Of a DNA stretch of 64,000 nucleotides, positions 9,358 to 17,610 are shown in pieces. This DNA comes from Anaerolineae bacterium (lineage in GTDB: Bacteria > Chloroflexota > Anaerolineae > Aggregatilineales > Ch27): NCBI GenBank assembly GCA_013178165.1, contig JABLXG010000036.1, forward strand, positions 6,874 through 70,873. The letters are read 5' to 3'. Under the pieces are notes generated by a model. The model was given only the letters and a program-made list of their open reading frames with translations. It ran no database searches and had not been told where the DNA came from. How positions within the stretch are numbered: the first letter of the stretch is position 1; each line of letters opens with the position of its first letter. A program made the position numbers and the translations under genes.

Positions 9358-10137
9358 ATGCAACAGTCGCTGCAGGATAGGGTCGCCCTGGTTACCGGTT
9401 CGGCCCACCGCGTGGGCAAAGCGATCGCCATGGCTCTGGCCGCTGAGGGTGTGCATCTGGTGGTGCATTACAGCGGCGCCGAAGCTGAAGCGCGGGAGAC
9501 CGTCCGCGAGATCAAGAGCCTGGGTGTGCAGGCGATCAGCTTTCGTGCCGATCAGGCTGACCCAGCGCAGGTGAGCGCTCTGTTTGACGCTATTCGGGAA
9601 GCGTTCGGGCGGCTGGACATCCTCGTTAACAGCGCGGGTATGTTCAAGAAAACGGATTTCCTGGAGCTGAGCTATGAGGAATGGCAGCGCGTCCTGGCCG
9701 TCAATCTGACCGGCCCATTCCTATGCAGTCAGCAGGCGGCGCGCCTGATGCTGGCTCAGGACCCGCCCGGCGGTGTGATCATCAACATCATCGATAACAG
9801 CGCTCTCCAGCCCTGGCCGGACTTCCCCCATCATAGCGTCAGCAAAGCCGGCGTGCTGATGCTGACCCGGCTGCTGGCCCGCCGGCTGGCCCCCGCCATC
9901 CGCACCAATGCCATCGCCCCTGGCCCCGTGCTCAAAGAGCCAGGCCGCACCGATGAAAGCTGGGCGCAGGTAGCCGCGCGGGTGCCCCTTCAGCGCAACG
10001 GCACACCGGAAGATGTCGGGCGGGCGGTAGTCTACCTGGCGCGGGAGGACTTCCTCAACGGGGTGGTGCTGAACGTCGACGGCGGCGAACACCTGACCGA
10101 TTCCGGCTCCCCGCTGAAGCCGCGTGCCGCCGGTTAA
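9358..10137 (+). CDS. SDR family oxidoreductase
   Basis: VALVTGSAHRVGKAIA cofactor motif and catalytic HHSVSK (Y-to-H variant of YxxxK, as in pteridine-reductase-like SDRs). 259 aa. Confidence 0.75.
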   Translation: MQQSLQDRVALVTGSAHRVGKAIAMALAAEGVHLVVHYSGAEAEARETVREIKSLGVQAISFRADQADPAQVSALFDAIREAFGRLDILVNSAGMFKKTDFLELSYEEWQRVLAVNLTGPFLCSQQAARLMLAQDPPGGVIINIIDNSALQPWPDFPHHSVSKAGVLMLTRLLARRLAPAIRTNAIAPGPVLKEPGRTDESWAQVAARVPLQRNGTPEDVGRAVVYLAREDFLNGVVLNVDGGEHLTDSGSPLKPRAAG

Positions 10138-10285
10138 GCGCCGGGCCACGCCGGGGCACAGGAGAAGTCAGCAGGGGATTCTGTGAGCAAAGCGGCAGGT
10201 GAAGGAAGGGACCAGAGGCAGGAACCGGATTCGCGCCGCCACCCGGTTCTGGCCAGCCAGTGGTCTCAGGCCATTCCGCCCGGCG

Positions 10286-10948
10286 CTAGCGTTCCTTACG
10301 GAAACCATAGCGGCCATAGAGCAGCACAAACATCACCGGGGCCAGGTCCTCAATACGCCACGATTCGCCTTCCCGCCGGACGCGCACCAGCATCTGGCTG
10401 GTGCGATCGCCCACCGGCAGCACCAGCCGGCCACCCTCAGCGAGCTGCGTGCGCAACGGGCCAGGTATGGATGGCGCCGCCGCCGACACAAGGATAGCGT
10501 CAAACGGGGCCATGTCCGCCAGCCCCTGGCTGCCATCGCCGACATAGACCTCCACGTTGGTGTACCCGAGGTCGGTCAGCCGGGTAGCGGCGCGGCTGGC
10601 CAGAAAGCGATCGCGTTCCAGGCTGTAGACCTGCTTGCATAGCTCGCAGAGCACGGCGGTCTGGTAACCCGAACCCGTGCCTACCTCCAGGACCGTCTCA
10701 TCTCCTTTGAGTTGCAGGCTCTGCGTCATCAGGGCCACGATATACGGCTGGGAGATGGTCTGGTCATGGCCGATCGGCAGGGGGCCATCGTGGTACGCCA
10801 GGTGTTGTAGTTCCGGCGGCACAAACAGGTGGCGCGGCACCTTGCGCATGGCTTCCAGAACGCGGGAATCGACGATATCCCGCGCTTCCAGTTGTTCTGC
10901 TACCATCCGCTCGCGCAGCGCTGTGTAATCCATATCCATGTTGCGCAT
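10286..10948 (-). CDS. pcm: Protein-L-isoaspartate O-methyltransferase
   Basis: VPRHLFVP, ISQPYIVALM, VLEVGTGSGYQTAVL, DAILVSAAA. Confidence 0.85.
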   Translation of the reverse strand: MRNMDMDYTALRERMVAEQLEARDIVDSRVLEAMRKVPRHLFVPPELQHLAYHDGPLPIGHDQTISQPYIVALMTQSLQLKGDETVLEVGTGSGYQTAVLCELCKQVYSLERDRFLASRAATRLTDLGYTNVEVYVGDGSQGLADMAPFDAILVSAAAPSIPGPLRTQLAEGGRLVLPVGDRTSQMLVRVRREGESWRIEDLAPVMFVLLYGRYGFRKER

Positions 10949-11177
10949 TCCCCGCTGCCCCCATTATACCAGTAGCCGCCCGCGAACAAGATCGCGGTAC
11001 GGTCAGGGTTCCGCTGCAAGCAAAGACCTCAGGCAAGCGGGCGCCGGGCAGTGGAGAGCAAGCACCGCCTAGCAGCCAGACTTGACCTGCGGCGGCAGCG
11101 CCCACCCGTGCCGCCTGTCTACCCCCGGCCTCTGCTTTCAGGCGTCGCCCCACTGCCGGAAATCACTGATATCGATG

Positions 11178-11207
11178 TTGGACAGCCCCCCTCCTCCTCT
11201 GTATAAT
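11178..11207 (+). promoter_or_regulatory. Promoter candidate (TTGGAC-18 nt-TATAAT) for the methyltransferase-sortase unit
   Basis: TTGGAC at 11178-11183 and TATAAT at 11202-11207. Confidence 0.45.
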
Positions 11208-11253
11208 CGCCCGTTGAACACCGGCTTGAACACGTCCTGCGGGAGAACCACGG

Positions 11254-12069
11254 TTGCCCGAACATAATCGCCCTACTGTAGCGCCTGAGCTATACACCGA
11301 GGAGTATTTCCGCACGGCCTGCGAAGGCTACGACGAGTTTAACCGGAGCGAAGGTGAGCAGCTCTCGCGGCGCTTGAAGGCGGCTTTTGAGCTGGCGGCA
11401 ATCCGCCCCGGCATGCTGGTGTTAGATGTCGGCTGCGGACGCGGCGAAATCCTGCGCCACTGCGCCGAACTCGGCGCACACGCCTACGGCATCGACTACG
11501 CACCGGTCGCCGTGGATATGAGCGCCAGTGTGATCCGCCGCAGCGCCAGCACCAGCGGCAGGATCGGCGTCAGCCAGGCCAATGCCCGCCACCTGCCCTT
11601 CCCAGACGCTACCTTTGACCGCGTGCTGATGTTTGATGTGGTCGAGCATCTGTACCCCTGGGAACTACAGGAAGCCCTTCGGGAAGTGCATCGCGTGCTC
11701 AAAGCCGATGGGCGATTCATCGTGCATACCGCGCCTAACGCCTGGTATGATCGTTACGCCTACCCGGTCGTCCGCGTGGTGCGCACACTGATGGGTCAGG
11801 GCAGCCGTTACCCGGCCAACCCACGGGAATTCCTGGTGGGCGTTAACGCCCACGTACATGTCAACGAGCAGAGTTTGTTCAGCCTGCGGCGGGTCCTGCA
11901 ACAGGCAAACTTCGATGCTCATGTCTGGCTGGATAGCCCACCCCAGCGATGGGGGCGCGATCCAGTGGGCCAGCTGCGCCGCTTGCTGTTTCACATCCCG
12001 CCGTTCCGCTGGTTCTTCCAGCGGGAAGTGTTTGCCGTCGCTGCCAAGAGAGTCCAAAGGATCGGCTGA
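11254..12069 (+). CDS. Class I SAM-dependent methyltransferase
   Basis: Motif I VLDVGCGRGE, post-I DY, motif II FDRVLMFDVVEHL. TTG start. Confidence 0.75.
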   Translation: MPEHNRPTVAPELYTEEYFRTACEGYDEFNRSEGEQLSRRLKAAFELAAIRPGMLVLDVGCGRGEILRHCAELGAHAYGIDYAPVAVDMSASVIRRSASTSGRIGVSQANARHLPFPDATFDRVLMFDVVEHLYPWELQEALREVHRVLKADGRFIVHTAPNAWYDRYAYPVVRVVRTLMGQGSRYPANPREFLVGVNAHVHVNEQSLFSLRRVLQQANFDAHVWLDSPPQRWGRDPVGQLRRLLFHIPPFRWFFQREVFAVAAKRVQRIG

Positions 12070-12071
12070 CG

Positions 12072-13154
12072 ATGCGTGACAAGCGCCCTGTGGACGAACT
12101 CTCAATCGAGGAACTGGAACGCATCCTGGCGATTCGCAAGCGCGAGGCGCGGCTGGAGCGTCTGCGCCGTCTGGGTCTGGAAGGGCGCCGCGCCCTGCCA
12201 GACCGTGAATCGCTGTCCGGCGGCACACCGTCTGAAGCCAGGTTGCCGGAGACAGCCACACCGGCCCGGGTTCGCCCGACTGCGCCAGACCCTGGCGGCG
12301 CCGATACCCTATCACCGGCTAACATTGCGGCAGCATACACCGATGCCGCGGCGGATGGCCTTCCTCGCTTCGAGGAAGAGCCTGCCTGGATTTCACCGGC
12401 CAGCCAGGCGCCGGTTACCAGTTCGCTACAGAAAACGATCTGGAATCGACTGCTGCTGCTGGTCGAGGTTCTGGCGGTCATCGGCCTGCTGATCATCGGC
12501 GTGGAGTTGTTCCAAGCCCTCCAGACTCTGCAGGAGGAAACAGCTGCGGTTCAGGCCCAGGCTCAGGCGGCGGCGTTCGCCAGCCTGCCGACTCCGACTG
12601 TCACGCCGGAGATCAGCCTCAATCGCATCGTGCTGCCCAGCGGCCATACACCGCCCACCGCCGCCGGAGGCGCGCAGTTCAACCTGAACGAAATCCCCGC
12701 CCACCTGCGCCCGATCGTCCAGCAGCAACTGGCCGCGCCGATTGTGATCCCGACACCCGGCCCGGAAAGCCCGGTGCGCATCCAGATTCCGGCCATCGGT
12801 GTTGACGCTCCGATCGTCAGCGGCACGGACTGGGAAGCGCTCAAGCGCGGCGTTGGCCACCAGCCCAATACTGGCCTGCCAGGCCAGCCAGGCAATATGG
12901 TCCTTTCCGCCCACAACGACATCTACAGCGAAATCTTCCGCCACCTGGATCGGCTTTCGCCCGGCGACCAGATCACTGTCTATACTCTGACGCGCAGTTA
13001 CACCTATGTCGTGCGGGAGACGCAAATCGTATCACCGTACGCCGTGCACGTCATGGACCCCACCCGTGAACCAACGGCGACCCTGATCTCCTGCTATCCG
13101 TATCAGGTGGATAACCAGCGTATCGTCGTCTTCGCCGATTTGCAGCAGGGCTAG
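12072..13154 (+). CDS. Sortase family transpeptidase with long N-terminal cytoplasmic extension and one TM helix
   Basis: In-frame ATG at 12072, 2 nt after the methyltransferase stop. Catalytic His context GNMVLSAHND, Cys in TLISCYP (TLxTC-like), Arg in QRIVVFA. TM segment LLLLVEVLAVIGLLIIGV. Confidence 0.75.
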   Translation: MRDKRPVDELSIEELERILAIRKREARLERLRRLGLEGRRALPDRESLSGGTPSEARLPETATPARVRPTAPDPGGADTLSPANIAAAYTDAAADGLPRFEEEPAWISPASQAPVTSSLQKTIWNRLLLLVEVLAVIGLLIIGVELFQALQTLQEETAAVQAQAQAAAFASLPTPTVTPEISLNRIVLPSGHTPPTAAGGAQFNLNEIPAHLRPIVQQQLAAPIVIPTPGPESPVRIQIPAIGVDAPIVSGTDWEALKRGVGHQPNTGLPGQPGNMVLSAHNDIYSEIFRHLDRLSPGDQITVYTLTRSYTYVVRETQIVSPYAVHVMDPTREPTATLISCYPYQVDNQRIVVFADLQQG

Positions 13155-13194
13155 CGCCCTTCGCTGCCCGATAACCACAGCCAAAGGAGAACCT

Positions 13195-13470
13195 ATGGCC
13201 CGCAAGAAAGCACCCCGTCGTACGAATATTGCTCAGGAATCTCTGGAGCGCGCCCGACGCGAAGCCAACGGGCAGCTCTATGTCCCCCCTGCTCCGCGCC
13301 TGGAAAGCACCCCCGCCCGCAGCGGCAAAGCGCCGGTCGCCGAAGTCCGCAAGACCACGGTCGAAGATCTCGCCGCCGAGTACGCCTACGTGTTGACCGA
13401 CCTGCGCAATATGGGCGCCCTGGCGCTGGCGCTATTCGCCGCGCTGATTATCGCATCGTTCATCCTCTGA
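13195..13470 (+). CDS. Small C-tail-anchored membrane protein, hypothetical
   Basis: 91 aa. SD AAAGGAGA upstream, basic N-terminus, single C-terminal TM segment GALALALFAALIIASFIL. Confidence 0.5.
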   Translation: MARKKAPRRTNIAQESLERARREANGQLYVPPAPRLESTPARSGKAPVAEVRKTTVEDLAAEYAYVLTDLRNMGALALALFAALIIASFIL

Positions 13471-13497
13471 TCGTCGCGGCACACCGCTGCAGCGAAT

Positions 13498-13529
13498 ACC
13501 AAAGCCCTCCTGCTGCGGAGGGCTTTGGT
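13498..13529 (+). terminator. Intrinsic-terminator-like hairpin
   Basis: ACCAAAGCCCTCC / tgctgc / GGAGGGCTTTGGT forms a perfect 13-bp stem. It is followed by GTTGACTTT, a modest T-tract. Confidence 0.6.
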
Positions 13530-13556
13530 GTTGACTTTCCCACCCTCTGCCTTCTT

Positions 13557-13578
13557 ATTTGTGAAAACTATCACAAAT
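13557..13578. promoter_or_regulatory. CRP/FNR-family binding-site candidate (perfect palindrome ATTTGTGA-N6-TCACAAAT)
   Basis: The sequence atttgtgaaaactatcacaaat has exactly complementary 8-bp arms. Its core matches the TGTGA-N6-TCACA CRP consensus, and it ends 2 nt before the -35 hexamer. Confidence 0.5.
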
Positions 13579-13579
13579 C

Positions 13580-13608
13580 TTGACACCCCTCTGCGTGCTG
13601 TCTATACT
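13580..13608 (+). promoter_or_regulatory. Consensus-like sigma-70 promoter (TTGACA-17 nt-TATACT) upstream of the MBL hydrolase/DegV cluster
   Basis: TTGACA at 13580-13585 and TATACT at 13603-13608, with a 17-nt spacer. Confidence 0.55.
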
Positions 13609-13678
13609 CTGCCCACTGGCTGGATCTTCCCCTCTGTAACCGGTACGTGTTGCCTTGTCACAGTGATCGCCCAGAGCC

Positions 13679-14521
13679 ATGCAGCGTGAACGTGTAGCCG
13701 ATGACATCTATGTGTTCACCAGCGAGCTGTATGCCCAGGTTACCGCTGGCGCCATCGTGACTCCTGAGGGCGCCATTCTCATCGACACACTGGCCTACCC
13801 CGAAGAAACACTCCAGATCAAGAACTTCCTGGAAAAGCGTCTCAACTGCCCGGTACGTACGGTCATCAACACCCATTACCACGCCGATCACACCTTCGGC
13901 ACCTACCTCTTTGAGGATGCGCTGGTCGTTGGCCATGCCCTGTGCCGCGACCTGCTGGATACCCGCGGGCGCAGGAGCATGGAAGAAGCCAGGCGGAGCA
14001 GCTCCGAGTTTACTGATGCCCGCATCGTGCTACCTGCAATGGTCTTCAAGACTGGCACGCTGGCCGTTCACCTGGGCAATAAGACGGTTGAACTGTGGCA
14101 TTCCCCCGGCCACAGCCCGGATTCGGTGGTAGCCTACGTGCGCGAAGACCGTATCCTCTTTGCAGCGGATACGATCATGCCCATCCCATACTTTGTAGAC
14201 GGCAGCTACGCTGACTTCATCAGGTCGCTGGAGGCCCTGCGCGGCAAGGGGTTTGAGTGTGTTGTCCAGGGGCACGGCGAGGTTGTACTGCGCGGCGAAG
14301 TGGAAGCCAAACTGGATTCAGACCTGGAATACCTCAGGCGGATCAGGCAACAGGTGGAAAAGGCGCTGGACCGTAAAAGCCCTGAAAAATACCTAGAGAA
14401 GATCGATATTGAAAGCTGCGGCAAAAGCCGCATTGCCCTCAACGGCGCTGTCCAGGCCCTCCACCGCGCCAATGTCCGTCTGCTCTACAGCCAGGTGCGC
14501 GCAGAAACGGTCCGGGCCTGA
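13679..14521 (+). CDS. MBL-fold metallo-hydrolase
   Basis: HxHxDH motif as THYHADH, downstream SPGHSPDS and QGHG metal-ligand contexts. 280 aa. Confidence 0.8.
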   Translation: MQRERVADDIYVFTSELYAQVTAGAIVTPEGAILIDTLAYPEETLQIKNFLEKRLNCPVRTVINTHYHADHTFGTYLFEDALVVGHALCRDLLDTRGRRSMEEARRSSSEFTDARIVLPAMVFKTGTLAVHLGNKTVELWHSPGHSPDSVVAYVREDRILFAADTIMPIPYFVDGSYADFIRSLEALRGKGFECVVQGHGEVVLRGEVEAKLDSDLEYLRRIRQQVEKALDRKSPEKYLEKIDIESCGKSRIALNGAVQALHRANVRLLYSQVRAETVRA

Positions 14522-14528
14522 GATGCCG

Positions 14529-14558
14529 TTGCCAAACTGCATCTTTGTACCCTATACT
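14529..14558 (+). promoter_or_regulatory. Promoter candidate (TTGCCA-18 nt-TATACT) before DegV copy 1
   Basis: TTGCCA at 14529-14534 and TATACT at 14553-14558. A GCGGAG/CTCCGC hairpin plus GCGTTTTCGTTCTC follows at 14577-14607. Confidence 0.4.
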
Positions 14559-14656
14559 CTGGTCAAACCGCCTGCTGCGGAGTCACGCTCCGCGCGTTTT
14601 CGTTCTCTGATTGCCCTGCGCCGTGAGTCCTATCACCTTCAGGGAAGGAGCTGCCT

Positions 14657-15505
14657 GTGACGCCGCGATTTGCCCTGGTTACCGATACCACTGCTGACCT
14701 GCCTACCGAACTTGTCCGGCAACACAACATCTATATGATTCCGCAGATTATCGTCTGGGGCCGGGAAAGCCTGCGCGAAGGCATCGATATCACCAGCGCT
14801 GAATTCTTTCAGCGGCTGGCGACGACTACCGTCATGCCTACCACCTCACGCCCCGTACCTTCCGATACCGTCGATCTCTTTAAGCGTGCCATCAAAGAGA
14901 CCGGCGCGGAATCGGTGGTGGCCGTGGTCGTCTCCAAAGACGTCAGCGGCACCGTCTCGTCCGTCGAACAGGCCATGAAAGAGGTCGATTTCCCCGTCCA
15001 CCTGGTCGACACCCGAACTATCTCGCTGGCGCTGGGCCTGACCGTCCTTAAAGTGGCCGAGGCGCGTGACGCTGGCGCCAGCCCGGAGGAAGCCGTCGCT
15101 CTGGCCAGAGCTACCGCCGCCAACAGCCATGCCATCTTCACCCCCGGCACCCTGGAATTCCTGCGCCGTGGCGGGCGCATCGGCGGGGCCAGGCATCTCC
15201 TGGGCACGGCCCTTAACATCAAGCCGATCCTGACCATCCAGGACGGGCATGTTGAACCACTGGAAAACGTGCGCACCCGCAAACGCGCCCTACAGCGACT
15301 GATCGAGTTGACGGGTGAACGGATCGCACCCGGCAAGCCAGTTCAGCTTGGCGTCGTCCATGGCGCAGTGCCAGAGGAAGCAGCTGAGGTCGCCAGCGCG
15401 TTGGAACAGCTCTATAAGCCAGAACGCCTGCTCCAGAGCTGGATCGGCGCATCGATCGGTGTCCACGCCGGGCCTGGCGTACTGGGTATCATGATCGTGC
15501 AGTGA
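14657..15505 (+). CDS. DegV family (FakB-like fatty-acid-binding) protein, copy 1
   Basis: GTG start after SD GGAAGGAG. FALVTDTTADLP, PTTSRP, LEFLRRGGRIGGA, GVHAGPG. Confidence 0.85.
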   Translation: MTPRFALVTDTTADLPTELVRQHNIYMIPQIIVWGRESLREGIDITSAEFFQRLATTTVMPTTSRPVPSDTVDLFKRAIKETGAESVVAVVVSKDVSGTVSSVEQAMKEVDFPVHLVDTRTISLALGLTVLKVAEARDAGASPEEAVALARATAANSHAIFTPGTLEFLRRGGRIGGARHLLGTALNIKPILTIQDGHVEPLENVRTRKRALQRLIELTGERIAPGKPVQLGVVHGAVPEEAAEVASALEQLYKPERLLQSWIGASIGVHAGPGVLGIMIVQ

Positions 15506-15660
15506 TCGCCAACCGTATATCAGCGCAGCCAACCGTGGTAATCCTGGCCGGTGCAGGATAAACAGGTCTCTTGCCCGGCCTGTTTTATCTGTGGCAGTAA
15601 CACTTTGCTGCTGAAGGTGTTTTAGCACTTGAATAAAACACTATTGTGAAGGAGGACTTC

Positions 15661-16512
15661 GTGGCTCGCTTTGCCCTGATCACCGACAGCACCTCTGATC
15701 TGCCACCCGCCATTGCCCGCGAGCGGCAGATTCACGTGGCGCCACTGTACATCATCTGGGGCCAGGATAGCTTGCGTGACGGCATCGATATCACCCCGGA
15801 ACAGTTCTATCGTCGCCTGGCTATCGACCCTGTGCTGCCAACAACATCCCAGCCAACCCCCGCCGATTTTGCCCAACTGTACCGGAAGATCCATGCCGAA
15901 GACAACAATATTGAGGGGGTGTTGGTCACAACGATCTCCGCCGATCTGAGCGGGACCTATGCTTCAGCGATCCAGGCCCGCGACATGGTTGACTTCCCGG
16001 TAGAAGTCGTCGACCTGCGCTCGGTAACGCTGGGCACTGCCATGCCTTTGCTGCAGGTGGCCGATGCCCGCGACCAGGGTGCCTCCCTTCAGGAAGCTGC
16101 TGCCCTGGCCCGATCGCTGGCCAACCGGACGCACATCTACTTCACGCTGGACACCCTGGAATACCTGCACAAGGGTGGCCGTATCGGTGGCGCCAAGCGT
16201 CTGATCGGCACCGCCTTCAACATCAAACCCGTGCTCCAGATCGCTAACGGCAGGGTTGAGGCCAAAGAGAGCATCCGGACGCGCAAGCGCGCGCTGAGCC
16301 GGCTGGTTGAGCTATTTGAGGAAACCGTCGATCCCACCAAAACGCTATACGTTGGCTTGCTGCATGGCCAGGCCCCGGCGGATGCCGACTGGCTGGAGGC
16401 AGAAATCACAGCCCGCTGGCAACCCGCCCAGCTGATCAAAGCCCAGGTCGGGGCGGTGATCGGCGTGCATACCGGCCCCGGCGCCGTGGGTTTTGCCCTA
16501 TTGCAACGTTGA
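15661..16512 (+). CDS. DegV family protein, copy 2
   Basis: GTG at 15661 after SD GAAGGAGG (the track ORF starts 15 nt earlier). FALITDSTSDLP, PTTSQP, LEYLHKGGRIGGA, GVHTGPG. Confidence 0.85.
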   Translation: MARFALITDSTSDLPPAIARERQIHVAPLYIIWGQDSLRDGIDITPEQFYRRLAIDPVLPTTSQPTPADFAQLYRKIHAEDNNIEGVLVTTISADLSGTYASAIQARDMVDFPVEVVDLRSVTLGTAMPLLQVADARDQGASLQEAAALARSLANRTHIYFTLDTLEYLHKGGRIGGAKRLIGTAFNIKPVLQIANGRVEAKESIRTRKRALSRLVELFEETVDPTKTLYVGLLHGQAPADADWLEAEITARWQPAQLIKAQVGAVIGVHTGPGAVGFALLQR

Positions 16513-16595
16513 GTATCGTCCGGCCAGCCCGGCGCAACAGGTAGGCCAGCATCCTCAGCCGGGCTGGCCACCAGAACAGGAGAAGGAGTCATCAC

Positions 16596-17447
16596 GTGCC
16601 CCCGCAAATTGCGATTGTGACCGAAAGTACAGCGGATATCCCCCGCGACCTGGCCGCCGAACGCCAGATCTTCACCACCCCCATGCACATTTTCTGGGAT
16701 GGCGAGGATTTGCGCGATGGCGTGGATATTGCGCCTGTCGAATTCTATGAGCGTCTGGTCACTTCGCGCACACATCCAACCACTTCGCAGCCCACAGTGC
16801 CGGAATTCGCGGAAACATTCGAGCGCGCTCGCGCGGCAACAGGCGCTGTAGCGGTCATCGTCATGACGATGTCCGCCAAGCTGAGCGGCACTTACAACGC
16901 TGCCTGCCAGGCTGCCCGCGCGGTGGACTTTCCTGTGCACGTTATCGACACCCGCACCGGTTCGCTGGCGCATGGTCTCGCCGCGCTGGCCCTGGCCGAA
17001 GCACGGGACAACGGCATCAGCCCACAGGAGGCGGTCCGGCTGGCCCGCGAGCTCGCCGACCGCACCAAGATGATCTTTGCGCTTAACACGCTTGAATATC
17101 TCTATCGCAGCGGACGGGTGAGCAACCTCAAGCGTCTGCTGGGGGCAGCACTTCAGATCAAGCCGATCCTGCACGTTCAGGATGGCGGTATCACCCTGCT
17201 GGAACAGGTGCGCACGCGCCATCGCCAGATTGAGCGATTGTTCCAGATCTTCGAAGAAGTGGCCGATCGCACCAAGCCGCTGCGCGTTGGCGTGCTCCAT
17301 GGCAACTCCTTCCAGGAAATGCAGGAGTTCGTGGAGAGGATTCGCTCCCGCTGGAATCCAATCCAGCTGGTCACTAACACAGTCTGTGCACCCGTCGGAG
17401 TTCACACCGGCCCAGGCTCGCTGGGCTTCGCTATCCTGCAAGTGTAG
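16596..17447 (+). CDS. DegV family protein, copy 3
   Basis: GTG start after SD GAGAAGGAG. IAIVTESTADIP, PTTSQP, LEYLYRSGRVSN, GVHTGPG. Confidence 0.85.
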   Translation: MPPQIAIVTESTADIPRDLAAERQIFTTPMHIFWDGEDLRDGVDIAPVEFYERLVTSRTHPTTSQPTVPEFAETFERARAATGAVAVIVMTMSAKLSGTYNAACQAARAVDFPVHVIDTRTGSLAHGLAALALAEARDNGISPQEAVRLARELADRTKMIFALNTLEYLYRSGRVSNLKRLLGAALQIKPILHVQDGGITLLEQVRTRHRQIERLFQIFEEVADRTKPLRVGVLHGNSFQEMQEFVERIRSRWNPIQLVTNTVCAPVGVHTGPGSLGFAILQV

Positions 17448-17497
17448 CCGGGGCGCCTGAGCCACAGCGAGATTTGAAAGTAGAGTAGATAGAATAT

Positions 17498-17526
17498 TTG
17501 CAATATTTGGACGTAATATGTACAAT
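17498..17526 (+). promoter_or_regulatory. Promoter candidate (TTGCAA-17 nt-TACAAT) in an AT-rich island before DegV copy 4
   Basis: TTGCAA at 17498-17503 and TACAAT at 17521-17526. An imperfect inverted repeat GGACGTaaTATGTA ... TACATAaCGTCC (17509-17543) brackets the -10. Confidence 0.5.
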
Positions 17527-17610
17527 ATATCTACATAACGTCCATTTATTCAGGCTTACCTGCCTGCCAGCCCAGGGATAGCGTCAGTAAAAGGATTCTG
17601 GAATCCGCTC

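Noticed and set aside
16137-17525. 462-aa minus-strand ORF spanning the DegV2/DegV3 region
   Set aside because: It is antisense to two genes with unmistakable DegV motifs. Its translation is Arg/Ala/Gly-rich with no recognisable motif and no SD. This is the typical long stop-free antisense frame of GC-rich DNA.
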